Source of the DNA: the human T2T-CHM13v2.0 reference genome, Homo sapiens | NCBI RefSeq assembly: GCF_009914755.1 | Contig: NC_060937.1 | Strand: one strand, 5' to 3' | Length of the DNA: 64,000 nt | In this document: one piece after another, positions 62,801 to 64,000 of the stretch | Position numbering within the stretch: the first letter of the stretch is position 1 | How the letters are laid out: each line of letters begins with the position of its first letter | Notes under the pieces: model-generated | The model's database searches: none | What the model saw: the letters and a program-made list of their open reading frames with translations, nothing else | What the model was told of the DNA's origin: nothing | Program-made: the position numbers and the translations under genes

Positions 62801-64000
62801 GGACCTCCATCTGCAGTGACCTCTTGGCACCCGCTTCGAGGACAGCATGATATTTTTACATAAAAGTTAGTCTTCATTCAAATCCTCGAGGCCTGATCCT
62901 GAAAAAACACTGACAGCTCAATCAACCCTAATAAATACTTAACTAGGTCCATGAAAAATAATAATAATACAGTTTCCAAAAAAATCCATTACACATTTAC
63001 AATTGAGTCATAAAAATGTCTATTAAATGTACAATTATTTTACCACATTTTTATTGGAAAATAACATTTATCCTAATTTACAGGTTTAACCCAAAGGTGG
63101 TACATGACATTCCTTTTCATTAAGCTATTGGAGGAGTGATGAGTGACGGTGCCCAGCTCTAATTATCTTTAACATAGTGTTTCAAATTGATCATGCATAA
63201 TGCAATTACAAATCATAATTAAATTAATTTATATTGATTTAAGATTTTATAAGTTGTTAATTACAGTACAGTATATCTATTTCCACAAGCTAACAATATT
63301 TTCAAACTGCCAAAGCATTTCCTTCTTTTCCAATTTCATTCTCAATTAAAAAGTTCACAAATTTATACCTACTTTATGTGGGTAAGGGCTAACTTCAAAA
63401 CTGTAAAGGCAATGTTGAGTATTTATAGAAGTTTTCTCCAAGAAATGATGTCGTATACATTTGTACATTTAGGATCATCTGAATTTAAAAATACATCTAT
63501 CTCAGAAACACTTTGACCTGCTCCATCTGCTAACCACTCTGTTTGCCATACCTGCCTTCACAGCTTGCTAGTATTGTCCATGCACATAGTACTAGTTTCT
63601 CAATACGTGTTCTGATTGAGTGACTGACTCGGGAAAACCAAAGGAAACCAATGTAAATGCAAAAGTCCTTTCCTGCAACTGATGGTTGCAGAAGAATCTG
63701 GAAGCCAAGGGGAAGCCCAAGCGAACGTTGTCCTGGCAAGAAAGCCTGGGGAGTTGGACTTGTCCACATACTTCCCTTCTCTTCTCACCCAATCACATTC
63801 GAGAAATAAAATTCCTTCAGAAATCTCTACATCAGAAGGCAAAGTGGACAATCAACGAGTGGATAATCCACACAATCCAAGAACATTTCCTTTCTCTTGT
63901 TTCTCTCTAGAACTAAAGGAGAGGTGGAAGAAAGGAGGGGTGTGAGAAAGGGAGCAGGATGGATTGACTCTGAAAGCCCCATCACTGTTTTTGCGACAGA

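Overview
Primate (most likely human) AT-rich non-coding genomic DNA, either intergenic or deep intronic. I cannot support any host protein-coding exon, tRNA, rRNA or CRISPR array. The window is layered with retroelements. The largest is a full-length but coding-dead L1PA5-like LINE-1 (about 3641-9778, with TSD) nested in a probable HAL1 fossil. There is also a roughly 2 kb CR1/L3 fossil split by an L2, older L1PB/MA/MC fragments with surviving TSDs, ten Alus plus one Alu fragment (including a near-consensus AluYa4/Ya5-lineage copy at 53484), two MaLR LTRs, many MIR/L2 relics and several microsatellites. All long ORFs trace to L1, Alu or simple repeats. The most notable observations are: an open antisense ORF0 and a retained ZNF93-target segment in the L1 5'UTR; a very young, possibly polymorphic Alu; a palindromic duplicated Alu target site; and TE-poor blocks with clustered homeodomain-type motifs (candidate enhancers). 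I found no convincing new biological system. Subfamily calls are from remembered consensus sequences, and the boundaries of old repeats are approximate.
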